From positions 248,001-312,000 of the forward strand of contig CDROCS010000410.1 in the NCBI GenBank assembly GCA_977020255.1: a stretch of DNA of 64,000 bases, written 5' to 3'. The translations under genes were made by a program, and so were the position numbers. The notes below the pieces were generated by a model. The model saw only the letters and a program-made list of their open reading frames with translations. It had not been told where the DNA came from and ran no database searches. Of the stretch, positions 37,059-46,680 are shown in pieces; position 1 is the stretch's first letter, and each line of letters begins with the position of its first letter. The DNA is from Obrimoposthia wandeli (lineage: Eukaryota).

Positions 37059-37085
37059 TTACTACCTCTTGCCAAAAACCATTAA

Positions 37086-37165
37086 TCCCTCTATCTTGTA
37101 TGCATAAATAAACGGTAACACTACATCTTGTGTATTAACAAGAATATCAACACTAGTGTTAGTGG
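37086..37165 (+). promoter_or_regulatory. NrdR boxes: two clear plus a third candidate, 32-bp periodicity
   Basis: TCCCTCTATCTTGTAT (37086), ACACTACATCTTGTGT (37118), ACACTAGTGTTAGTGG (37150) versus consensus acaCwAtATaTwGtgt. Confidence 0.75.
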
Positions 37166-37202
37166 CAACATTCTTAACATTGTTTTAAGGTTAGTCAGCT
37201 AA

Positions 37203-39476
37203 ATGAATAAGAATTTACTAGTTACAAAACGAAGCGGAAAACAAGAAACGATCGATCTTGAAAAGATCCATCGTGTGATCAAATGGGCAGCTAAAGGGTT
37301 GAATAATGTATCGGTATCACTGGTTGAGTTAAAGTCTCACATCCAGTTTTACGACGGTATTCGCACTGAAGATATACATGAAACCATGATCAAAGCTGCG
37401 GCGGATTTAATTAGTGAAGAGGCGCCAGATTATCAATATCTTTCAGCGCGTTTAGCTGTATTCCACTTACGTAAAAAAGCCTATGGTAAATTTGAACCAC
37501 CTGCGCTTTATGACCACGTAAAACTCAATGTTGATGCGCTGCGTTACGATGCACATCTACTTGCTGATTATACTGCTGAAGAATTTAAAGAAATGGAGAC
37601 GTTTGTTGATCACTGGCGTGACATGAACTTCTCTTACGGCGCGATTAAACAGTTAGAAGGTAAATACCTACTACAAAACCGTGTTTCTGGTGAAATCTTC
37701 GAAAGCCCACAGTTCTTATATATCTTAGTAGCAGCAAGCTTGTTTGCGACTTACGATAAATCAGTACGTATGGACTACATTCGTCGTTTCTACGAAGCAA
37801 CATCAAGCTTTAAGATCTCACTACCAACACCGATTATGGCGGGCGTACGTACCCCTACTCGTCAATTCAGCTCATGTGTATTAATCGAGTGTGACGATAG
37901 CCTTGATTCAATCAATGCTGTATCTAACTCTATTGTTAAATATGTATCGCAACGTGCTGGTATTGGTATCAATGCCGGTCGTATTCGTGCATTAGGTAGT
38001 TCAATCCGTGGTGGTGAAGCATTCCACACTGGTTGTATCCCATTCTACAAACACTTCCAGACAGCAGTTAAATCTTGCTCTCAGGGTGGCGTTCGTGGTG
38101 GTGCTGCAACATTATTCTACCCGCTATGGCATTTAGAAGTTGAATCACTGTTAGTACTAAAAAATAACCGTGGTGTTGAAGAAAACCGTGTACGTCACCT
38201 TGATTACGGCGTACAGATTAACCGTTTAATGTACCAACGTTTAATTGATAACAAAGACATTAGCTTATTCAGCCCGTCTGATGTTGATGGTTTGTATGAT
38301 GCATTCTTCCAAGATCAGGATGAATTTGAACGTCTATACACACTTTATGAACAAGACCCATCGATTCGTAAGCAAACGATTAAAGCGAGCGAACTATTCG
38401 CCTTAGTCATGCAAGAACGTGCAAGCACAGGTCGTATCTACATCCAAAACGTAGATCACTGTAATACACACAGCCCGTTCGACCCAGCGGTTGCGCCGGT
38501 TAGACAAAGTAACTTATGTCTTGAAATTGCATTACCAACAAAACCAATGCAACACCCAGGTGATGAAGAAGGCGAGATCGCACTTTGTACACTGTCTGCA
38601 TTCAACCTTGGTGCAATTAAAGACTTAAGCGAATTAGAAAACCTTGCTGACTTAGCAGTACGTGCACTAGATAGCTTACTTGATTACCAAGACTATCCAA
38701 TGCCAGCAGCTGAAAAATCAACAATGGCACGTCGTTCATTAGGCATAGGCGTAATTAACTACGCATACTACCTAGCGAAAAACGGTGTTAAATATTCAGA
38801 CGGTAGCGCAAACAACTTAACGCACAGAACATTTGAAGCGATTCAATTCTATCTATTGAAAGCGTCAATGAACTTGTCGAAAGAACAAGGTCCATGTTTA
38901 GCCTTTAACGAAACGACTTATTCACAAGGTATCTTACCGATTGATACATATAAGTCAGCGTTAGATGATATTTGCGATGAAGAATTGCACCTAGATTGGG
39001 AAACATTACGTGGCGAGATCCAAGAACACGGCTTACGTAACTCAACGCTAACAGCATTGATGCCATCAGAAACATCAAGCCAGATTTCAAATGCGACAAA
39101 CGGTATTGAACCACCACGTGGTTTAATCAGTATTAAAGCAAGTAAAGACGGTATCTTGAAACAAGTTGTGCCTGATTACGAAAATCTACGTGATAACTAC
39201 GAGTTACTTTGGAACATTCCAAATAACACTGGTTATTTACAACTTGTTGGTTTGATGCAAAAGTTTGTTGACCAAGCTATTTCATCAAATACTAACTATG
39301 ATCCACAACGTTTTCCTGGCCAAAAAGTGCCGATGACAACGCTGTTAACAGATTTGATGTTAGCGTATAAGTACGGCTTGAAAACGCTTTATTACCATAA
39401 CACCCGTGATGGCGCATCAGACGTAGATGTAGTTAAAGAAGACGAAGGTTGTGAAGGCGGCGCATGTAAGATCTAA
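37203..39476 (+). CDS. nrdA: Class Ia ribonucleotide reductase alpha subunit
   Basis: ATP cone VTKR.G; SSCVL, QSNLCLEI, TLYY, C-terminal CEGGACKI. Confidence 0.99.
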   Translation: MNKNLLVTKRSGKQETIDLEKIHRVIKWAAKGLNNVSVSLVELKSHIQFYDGIRTEDIHETMIKAAADLISEEAPDYQYLSARLAVFHLRKKAYGKFEPPALYDHVKLNVDALRYDAHLLADYTAEEFKEMETFVDHWRDMNFSYGAIKQLEGKYLLQNRVSGEIFESPQFLYILVAASLFATYDKSVRMDYIRRFYEATSSFKISLPTPIMAGVRTPTRQFSSCVLIECDDSLDSINAVSNSIVKYVSQRAGIGINAGRIRALGSSIRGGEAFHTGCIPFYKHFQTAVKSCSQGGVRGGAATLFYPLWHLEVESLLVLKNNRGVEENRVRHLDYGVQINRLMYQRLIDNKDISLFSPSDVDGLYDAFFQDQDEFERLYTLYEQDPSIRKQTIKASELFALVMQERASTGRIYIQNVDHCNTHSPFDPAVAPVRQSNLCLEIALPTKPMQHPGDEEGEIALCTLSAFNLGAIKDLSELENLADLAVRALDSLLDYQDYPMPAAEKSTMARRSLGIGVINYAYYLAKNGVKYSDGSANNLTHRTFEAIQFYLLKASMNLSKEQGPCLAFNETTYSQGILPIDTYKSALDDICDEELHLDWETLRGEIQEHGLRNSTLTALMPSETSSQISNATNGIEPPRGLISIKASKDGILKQVVPDYENLRDNYELLWNIPNNTGYLQLVGLMQKFVDQAISSNTNYDPQRFPGQKVPMTTLLTDLMLAYKYGLKTLYYHNTRDGASDVDVVKEDEGCEGGACKI

Positions 39477-39516
39477 CGATCACATTACATTCGCCAAATT
39501 AAACACCCCTTTTCAT

Positions 39517-39539
39517 TTGGCAGCTTATTAGGCTGCCAA
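39517..39539 (+). terminator. nrdA-nrdB intercistronic hairpin
   Basis: TTGGCAGCTT-ATT-AGGCTGCCAA. Confidence 0.5.
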
Positions 39540-39565
39540 TTTAATGTATAAAACAGAGATAACCA

Positions 39566-40696
39566 ATGAGCTACACTACTTTTAGCCAAATTAAAAATGA
39601 TCAATTAAAAGAACCAATGTTTTTCGGCCAACCCGTAAACGTTGCTCGTTTTGATCAACAAAAACATGAAATATTTGAAAAACTGATTGAACGTCAGCTA
39701 TCATTTTTTTGGCGTCCAGAAGAAGTAGATGTAAGTAAAGACCGTATTGATTATCAGCAATTATCAGATCACGAAAAACACATTTTCATCAGTAACCTAA
39801 AATACCAAACGTTATTAGATAGTATTCAAGGTCGCTCTCCTAACGTAGCTTTTTTACCATTGGTTTCATTACCAGAAGTAGAAACATGGATTGAGACATG
39901 GTCGTTCAGTGAAACTATTCACTCTCGTTCATACACACACATTATTCGTAACATCGTTAATGATCCTGCAGAAGTGTTCGATGATATTGTCGCGAATGAA
40001 GAAATCCTGAAGCGTGCTAAAGATATTGCTGGTTACTACGATGACTTAATCAATGCTACTCAACTACTACACCAATTTGGTGAAGGTACGCATGTAATTA
40101 ATGGCGAAACAGTCGTCATTAAACAACGTGACGTGAAAAAGAAATTATACCTTGCAATGGTATCGGTAAACGTACTTGAAGCAGTCCGTTTCTATGTTAG
40201 TTTTGCTTGTTCTTTTGCTTTCGCAGAACGTGAGTTAATGGAAGGCAACGCTAAAATCATCAAGCTTATCGCTCGTGATGAAGCGTTACATCTAACGAGT
40301 ACACAGCACATTCTAAACTTGATGGCTGACGGTAAAGATGATCCTGAGATGCAAGAAATCTCAATGGAGTGTTTCCAAGAAACACAGCAAATCTTTATTG
40401 ATGCAGCACAACAAGAAAAAGAATGGGCAGAATACTTATTCAAAGACGGTTCAATGATTGGTTTGAATAAAGACATTCTTTGTGATTATGTTGAATACAT
40501 TACTAATACACGTATGGCTGCTGTTGGTTTACCTATGGCATTCGAAGTTAGAAGCAACCCACTACCGTGGATCAATGCTTGGTTAGTATCTGATAACGTG
40601 CAAGTTGCGCCACAAGAATCAGAAATCAGTTCTTACTTAGTTGGCCAGATTAACGCTGAAATCAACCACAATGATATCGGTGCATTCGTTCTATAA
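39566..40696 (+). CDS. nrdB: Class Ia ribonucleotide reductase beta subunit
   Basis: [22 protein letters not shown] (Tyr radical), LEAVRFY, RDEALH. Confidence 0.99.
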   Translation: MSYTTFSQIKNDQLKEPMFFGQPVNVARFDQQKHEIFEKLIERQLSFFWRPEEVDVSKDRIDYQQLSDHEKHIFISNLKYQTLLDSIQGRSPNVAFLPLVSLPEVETWIETWSFSETIHSRSYTHIIRNIVNDPAEVFDDIVANEEILKRAKDIAGYYDDLINATQLLHQFGEGTHVINGETVVIKQRDVKKKLYLAMVSVNVLEAVRFYVSFACSFAFAERELMEGNAKIIKLIARDEALHLTSTQHILNLMADGKDDPEMQEISMECFQETQQIFIDAAQQEKEWAEYLFKDGSMIGLNKDILCDYVEYITNTRMAAVGLPMAFEVRSNPLPWINAWLVSDNVQVAPQESEISSYLVGQINAEINHNDIGAFVL

Positions 40697-40971
40697 TGCC
40701 GATTACGCTGACAACGGACTCGGGTAACTATCTCATTTCAACTCAAGATAGCTCCCTACTCGATACGCTTGAACGCACTGGTCATCAAATTGAATACCAG
40801 TGTCGCCAAGGCTATTGTGGCTCTTGTCGCACAACAATGACTTCCGGTTCGGTCATTTATACCACAGAGCCGTTAGCCACTGTTGCACCTGGCTCTATAT
40901 TACCTTGTTGCTGCAAAGCAGATAGTGATATAAAACTTGCCGTGATCGCGACAATCACAGTATCAGCATAA
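40696..40971 (+). CDS. yfaE: 2Fe-2S ferredoxin, RNR maintenance protein
   Basis: YQCRQGYCGSCR ... ILPCCC; TAATG overlap with nrdB. Confidence 0.93.
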   Translation: MPITLTTDSGNYLISTQDSSLLDTLERTGHQIEYQCRQGYCGSCRTTMTSGSVIYTTEPLATVAPGSILPCCCKADSDIKLAVIATITVSA

Positions 40972-41021
40972 TCAACTCATATAGAATGAGTTGATTAGTG
41001 ATTAAAACCATAAAAAATATC

Positions 41022-41056
41022 AAGCCTTAACGTGATCAACTACGTTAAGGCTTTTT
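41022..41056 (+). terminator. Rho-independent terminator of nrdAB-yfaE
   Basis: AAGCCTTAACGT-N8-ACGTTAAGGCTT-TTT; a second hairpin ATCAACTCAT/ATGAGTTGAT lies at 40971-40995. Confidence 0.85.
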
Positions 41057-41248
41057 CATATCGTGACCCAACGTTGATTTTTTCTCTTCATATAATGTAA
41101 CTCTCAATAGCTTACAAGATTGACTGTGATTTACTTTGCAAAACCACTAAACCTTACCCATACTCCTTTCAATAAGCTATAAGCACTTATATAGCGTATC
41201 AGAACTTCCACAACCTATATGTACCACACCTTAAAATAGGACAACTTT

Positions 41249-42091
41249 ATGTTAGATGATTTAGTTGGGATAGGAATGCGTCCAGCACATTATGAACAGC
41301 TGACCAAAAAACACGTCGATATTGGCTGGCTCGAAGTCCACAGTGAAAATCACTTCGAGATTAATTCTGAAGCGACTTATTATTTAGATAAAGCCAGTGA
41401 ACGCTATCCAATCAGTTTACACGGTGTCGGCTTAGCGCTCTCTTCTAACGAATTACTCGATCCATTGCATGTACATAATACAAAAAAACTTATCGACCGC
41501 TACAAACCATTCTCAGTGTCAGAACATTTAGGTTGGAGTTCCATCGCCGGACAACATTACAGTGATATGTCGCCGATAGCCTACACTGAAGAAAACTTAA
41601 AACATGTAATAGCCCGTGTTGATCAAGTTCAACACATTTTAGGCCAAGCTATCGCGATCGAAAACCCAGCTTGTTATAGTAAACATAAAAATAATACGTT
41701 AACAGAATCTGCTTTTTTAATTGAATTACAAGCCGCGACTAACTGTAAAATATTACTTGATATCAATAATGTACATATCAGTAGTCATCAGCTCGATTTC
41801 AACCCTTACGATTACTTAGCATCGATACCAAGCCATATTGTTAGCGAGATGCACCTTTCAGGTAGTAATAAACTATTACAAAATAATCGCATTACCTTTG
41901 ACCAAGAGCACGGCCAAAAAGTAACACCGGAAGTATGGCAACTGTTTGAATATTACTTGCAGCATTGCAACACGATCCCAACCTTAATTGAATGGGATAC
42001 CAACATACCAAGGCTCAGCGAACTTTTGCGTGAAGCATATACGGCCCAAAAAATGATTGTCAAATCTCAGCGTTTTAAAAACGCCTGCTAA
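41249..42091 (+). CDS. DUF692 / MNIO (MbnB/TglH/ChrH/BufB-family) multinuclear non-heme iron enzyme
   Basis: GIGMR..HY, WLEVHSEN, SLHG.GL, SEHL, IENP, LLDINN, EMHLSG, D..HG, LIEWD. Confidence 0.92.
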   Translation: MLDDLVGIGMRPAHYEQLTKKHVDIGWLEVHSENHFEINSEATYYLDKASERYPISLHGVGLALSSNELLDPLHVHNTKKLIDRYKPFSVSEHLGWSSIAGQHYSDMSPIAYTEENLKHVIARVDQVQHILGQAIAIENPACYSKHKNNTLTESAFLIELQAATNCKILLDINNVHISSHQLDFNPYDYLASIPSHIVSEMHLSGSNKLLQNNRITFDQEHGQKVTPEVWQLFEYYLQHCNTIPTLIEWDTNIPRLSELLREAYTAQKMIVKSQRFKNAC

Positions 42092-42131
42092 TCTGTTCGT
42101 TAAGTGCATCCTTACTCTACTTAATTGGGTG

Positions 42132-43364
42132 CTACATACTCTCTTCATGCCCGTAACAAACACCATGACATATTTGCGATAAGGCATGCTCTGCGCGGCC
42201 ATTACTGCTGAGTTGATGTGGGATACGTAAAATAACTTCCACAGAATTTTTATTACCCGCCAAAACTAAAAACAGCGCCGTGGTATTAAAATACGGCGGA
42301 ATAAAAAACACGCTCGTACAAGTGAAACCAGCAGCGCTATATTCATCCACGTTCAGGAAACCGAGATTAGAAATAATCCCAGAAGTACGGTACTGCCCTG
42401 TTTCTTGTCGTTTTAATGCCAGTTTGTCATTGAACTTTTTTAACCACGTTAGCGGTACCCAATTTAATACATTTAATGTCGGAATACCGGCAAACTGCGG
42501 CATTCTTGCATGCTCTAGATCCGCTATTTTAAGCTTGATTTGTTTAGTCCAATCAGCGGTTGTTGTGACGGGTGATACTTGCATCAATAATCCACCAGTC
42601 AAATTACCCGTAGAGACAATATCAGTATCATGCATGCGTAAATCAACTGGTAATTGGATCCGCACAGGCGAGTCAGAATAAAGATTGGCTAACTTAGCAA
42701 CACTGATACCTGCGTTGGCTAATACCTGCTTGTAACTACCAGGCAAAGTGCGGCGCTGCCAAGACGAACCAAAATCTTGCCCAAGTGGCACACCAGTCGG
42801 GGCTGCCACTGTATCGTTAACTTTATCTCCTGGTAGCGAGGTCACCGACTTAGCAAGATCAATATCACGTACAAAACTATTATCACCTTGCAATGTCAGT
42901 TGTCGTAATGCACGTAACACTTCATCAGCAAATGTTTTAGTTCCGCGTCCATCCATCACTGCATGGTGGGTTCTAAATATAATATGGTGTTTACCGTTTT
43001 CTTCTCCGAGTACCAATAAGACTTCACAACCAGTACTGGTTTTTACATCTAAAGGACGATTTAAGAATGGCGCAGCGTTATCACTCATACCATCCCAATT
43101 TAAGCCGCGGATAACTTCAAGCTGAGTTGTGATTCCAGCGTCAGACCAATGGCTAAAGCCAAGTTTACCTGATAGCCTAAATCGCGTGCCCTGCAAAGCC
43201 TCTGATGCTTTCGTAACAGCTTTTTGCCAGGCTGAGATATCAATATCACCTTCGCCTTCAAGTACCATCTGATTGACAACACAGGTCGCCGTTTCTTCGG
43301 CATTAAAATCATCACAACTAATATAAAAACGCTCTGTTGGTGAAAGTTTACGTTTAAACGTCAT
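42132..43364 (-). CDS. Stand-alone condensation-domain / CoA-dependent acyltransferase (likely start 43364, MTFKRKLSPTE)
   Basis: FRTHHAVMDGRG (HHxxxDG), PVDLR, GNLTG, ISNLG; AAGGAGG SD before 43364. Confidence 0.85.
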   Translation of the reverse strand: MTFKRKLSPTERFYISCDDFNAEETATCVVNQMVLEGEGDIDISAWQKAVTKASEALQGTRFRLSGKLGFSHWSDAGITTQLEVIRGLNWDGMSDNAAPFLNRPLDVKTSTGCEVLLVLGEENGKHHIIFRTHHAVMDGRGTKTFADEVLRALRQLTLQGDNSFVRDIDLAKSVTSLPGDKVNDTVAAPTGVPLGQDFGSSWQRRTLPGSYKQVLANAGISVAKLANLYSDSPVRIQLPVDLRMHDTDIVSTGNLTGGLLMQVSPVTTTADWTKQIKLKIADLEHARMPQFAGIPTLNVLNWVPLTWLKKFNDKLALKRQETGQYRTSGIISNLGFLNVDEYSAAGFTCTSVFFIPPYFNTTALFLVLAGNKNSVEVILRIPHQLSSNGRAEHALSQICHGVCYGHEESM

Positions 43365-43389
43365 CGTTCCTCCTTGAACTATAAGACGG

Positions 43390-46300
43390 TTATGCCGCGC
43401 TATCTGCAGCAGGATTATCAGGTAACTCGTTAATTTGACTATCACCCAACATTTGGTTGCTTCCCCTGGGTGTTTTAGACTGTAATCTGGATAGTAATAC
43501 GCCTAGAGCGAACACCATATCCTGAATCAATAAATACACAGCAGGTACTAACAGCAAGCTAACAAGTGTTGCGAATAGCACACCAAAGGCTAGAGATATA
43601 GCCATCGGAATCAAAAATTGGGCTTGTAAGCTAGTTTCACTCATGATTGGCACTAAACCAATAAATGTGGTTAATGACGTCAGAATAATGGGTCTGAATC
43701 GACGCACTCCGGCACTGGTGATCGCCGTTTCGAGTGACTCGCCTTGGCTGCGTTTTTCATTGATATAGTCAATCAAAACTAAATTGTCATTAACCACGAT
43801 ACCACTCACCGCAACCATACCAATAAAAGACCATAAGGTTACATCGACCCCAAGCAATAAATGCCCTAACAAAGAACCAACTAAGCCAAATGGGATAGCA
43901 AACATCACCAACAATGGTTGTGTGTAAGAGCTAAACAAAATCGCCATCACTAAATACATCGCGATTAACGCCAATAAATAACTACTGGTTAAAATATCAA
44001 TAAACTCAACAATGCTTTTCTGTTTACCAGCTTTCGACCACTTAACCGCCGTAGTATCGGTTAATTGCTGTAAAAAACCAGACTCCAGCTCAGCAATAAC
44101 AGCCTTAATACTATTTTTCCCCGGATCGACAAATGCAGAGACTGAAATAACGCGATTGCGTTCATAACGTTTAATATTATGATCTGCCGACTGATAACTC
44201 ACATCAGCGATAGTAAACAGTGGTACACCTTCGCCACTCGGTAATGAAATGTGCATATTCTCTAAATGCCACTGCGAGCTAGTGGCTGTTTTGGGATAGC
44301 TAACCTGCACTTTAACTTCATCTTCACCACGCGGCATACTCAGCACTTCAACACCTAAATAAGCCTGCTGAACCTGCTGCCCGAGTGCGCTTAGCGTCAG
44401 ACCCATATCACGGGCGACAGGTTTTAATGCCAACTGTACTTGCCTTGAACTACGCTGCTGCGAGTCTTGGATATCGTACACTCCTTCAAACCTTGCCATC
44501 ACTTGCTTTAACGCCTCAGCTTGTTGCGCTAAATCATCTAGGTCGCGACTCGATAATTCAATATTGATATCTGCGCTTGGCGGCGTAAGATCGGCAACAA
44601 AATTTAATTCAATACTATCTTCAATTTCACCGACGCGATCACGCCAGCGTCTAATAATGTCATTGCCAGACATAACGCGATCATTAGATACTGATAGTTC
44701 CAAATACACCCTGCCAATATGATCATCTGCAGCCGCTTGTGATTCGCGCGAATATTTACTTACCGGGGCAACAACAGAATAAACATGGGCAATAGCAGAA
44801 ATACCATTTTCATCAAGCAATTCTTGCTGTAACTGCAAGGCTTCATGTTCAATTTTTAATAATGCTAATTTAGTTTTTTGTGGGTTACTGCCCTCAGCAA
44901 ACGTCACATTGGCGTAGGCTATATCGCCTTCAATGGCCGAAAATAAAACAGTCCGTAGCCAACCACTAGAAAGCAAAGTCAAAGAGATAAAAAACAGCCC
45001 TAAAAATCCCAGTATATAACTCCAGCGCCAGCGTAATACATGATCGAGAAAAGGCTTATATTGGCGGATAACGAATGTCTCTAACGCAGCTGAAAATCGA
45101 CCTTGTATACTTTCTAATACCCCGCCAAGTATTTTAGCCTTACTCATAAACAGATTTTGGGTTACCACAGGTGACTTACCTGATTGAAATGGGGACTGAG
45201 GCTGGGATTGGGATTGAGGTTGAGAGTCATGACTTAAATGTGCAGGTAAGATGAATAACGATTCAAACAACGAAAACAACAGCGTGGTAATAACGACCAC
45301 GGGAATAACTTGCATCAATTTACCTTCAGGTCCAGGTAAAAACAGCAATGGCATAAAGGCAATAACACTGGTGATGATTGCAAAGGTGATCGGTTTAGCC
45401 ACTTTATAAGCGCCGTCAATCGCCCCTTCAACCCCTTTATTACCCGCTGCTTGCTCGGTGTAAATGCTTTCGCCGACGACAATCGCATCATCCACGACAA
45501 TACCCAGCACCAATAAAAAGGCAAACAGTGAAATAATATTAATCGAACCATCAAAAATCGGTAACAGCCAAAAAGCCCCCATGAATGAAACGGGGATGCC
45601 TAAACTGACCCAAAATGATAAACGCCAGTTTAAAAATAACAGTAAGATGACAAATAGCAGACATAATCCGCTAAACACATTACCAACCAATAAATCGATA
45701 CGACTCATGAACAATTTAGAATCATCTTGCCAAACGTACAAACTAATCCCTTCTGGCAGATAGGTTTTTGGCGTTCGCACATAGTTATTTATCGCATCAG
45801 CAACATCGATAATATTCTGGTCACCAACACGGAATACATCCAAAGATACCGCGCGTTGTCCATCAAGTTGTGCCATCGTACCTTCATCACGAAAGCCGTC
45901 GTTAATGGTCGCTATATCACTGAGTAAGATCCGCCCACCATCTTCATTCGCTTGCAGAATAATATTGGCAAAGTCATCCGCACTTTCAATTCGGCCTAAC
46001 GTTTGAATCAATATATCGCCCTGCTCTGTGGCTAAACTACCACCAGGTAAATCAAGCGCGGTGGCTTTTAATGTATTCACCACATCTTCAAACTTTAAAT
46101 TGTATTGTGCCAAACCGTCTTCAGATAAGGCGATGCTGATTTCGTAAGGTCTTGAATTTTGCAGTTCGATAACCGAAATAGCTGGTTCTTCTAATAGATC
46201 CAAGCGAATATTTTCAGCCAAACGCTTTAACGCCCACTCATCGCCAGCCCCTGAAATAATCAGTTTAGCGACGCGATATCGCTCAATCAATTCACTGACA

Positions 46301-46680
46301 ACCGGCTTAGTCACTTCATCAGGAAATGAGCTGATGCTTTCAATTCTTGATTTAACTTCATCTAACACTGCCTTGGTACTATAACCATCAGCAATATCAA
46401 TGGTGGTATAGCAAGAACCAGAACTGGCGAATGAGGTTAAATCCAGTGTCCCGGCAATATCATAAACGACGGCTTCAATGCGCGTGCAAACAACAGCTTC
46501 AACTTCTCGAGGTGCCGCACCCGGATACAATGTCGAGATCGCAATACGCTCTAATGACACACCAGGAATTAACTCTTTACGCGTTTCGGGTAAGGCTAAG
46601 CAACCAAGGGCAATAATCACCATCATGATCAAATTTGCTGCCACTCGATTATGGGCAAACCAAGTAATTAATACCTTCAT
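43390..46680 (-). CDS. RND efflux permease (AcrB/AcrD/AcrF family)
   Basis: N.VAANL.M, GIVVDDAIVVGE, VSGIVVND.LV, RRFRPIILTSLTT..GL.P; ATGA overlap with the upstream gene. Confidence 0.95.
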   Translation of the reverse strand: MKVLITWFAHNRVAANLIMMVIIALGCLALPETRKELIPGVSLERIAISTLYPGAAPREVEAVVCTRIEAVVYDIAGTLDLTSFASSGSCYTTIDIADGYSTKAVLDEVKSRIESISSFPDEVTKPVVSELIERYRVAKLIISGAGDEWALKRLAENIRLDLLEEPAISVIELQNSRPYEISIALSEDGLAQYNLKFEDVVNTLKATALDLPGGSLATEQGDILIQTLGRIESADDFANIILQANEDGGRILLSDIATINDGFRDEGTMAQLDGQRAVSLDVFRVGDQNIIDVADAINNYVRTPKTYLPEGISLYVWQDDSKLFMSRIDLLVGNVFSGLCLLFVILLLFLNWRLSFWVSLGIPVSFMGAFWLLPIFDGSINIISLFAFLLVLGIVVDDAIVVGESIYTEQAAGNKGVEGAIDGAYKVAKPITFAIITSVIAFMPLLFLPGPEGKLMQVIPVVVITTLLFSLFESLFILPAHLSHDSQPQSQSQPQSPFQSGKSPVVTQNLFMSKAKILGGVLESIQGRFSAALETFVIRQYKPFLDHVLRWRWSYILGFLGLFFISLTLLSSGWLRTVLFSAIEGDIAYANVTFAEGSNPQKTKLALLKIEHEALQLQQELLDENGISAIAHVYSVVAPVSKYSRESQAAADDHIGRVYLELSVSNDRVMSGNDIIRRWRDRVGEIEDSIELNFVADLTPPSADINIELSSRDLDDLAQQAEALKQVMARFEGVYDIQDSQQRSSRQVQLALKPVARDMGLTLSALGQQVQQAYLGVEVLSMPRGEDEVKVQVSYPKTATSSQWHLENMHISLPSGEGVPLFTIADVSYQSADHNIKRYERNRVISVSAFVDPGKNSIKAVIAELESGFLQQLTDTTAVKWSKAGKQKSIVEFIDILTSSYLLALIAMYLVMAILFSSYTQPLLVMFAIPFGLVGSLLGHLLLGVDVTLWSFIGMVAVSGIVVNDNLVLIDYINEKRSQGESLETAITSAGVRRFRPIILTSLTTFIGLVPIMSETSLQAQFLIPMAISLAFGVLFATLVSLLLVPAVYLLIQDMVFALGVLLSRLQSKTPRGSNQMLGDSQINELPDNPAADSAA

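Noticed and set aside
41219-41239. 6-codon ORF (MYHTLK) as the MNIO precursor
   Set aside because: Too short, no Cys, no SD
43365-43445. N-terminal extensions given by the ORF track (also 27464-27526, 10930-10959, 52807-52875, 59509-59559)
   Set aside because: They overlap neighbouring genes or att sites, and a downstream ATG is better supported by an SD or by paralog alignment
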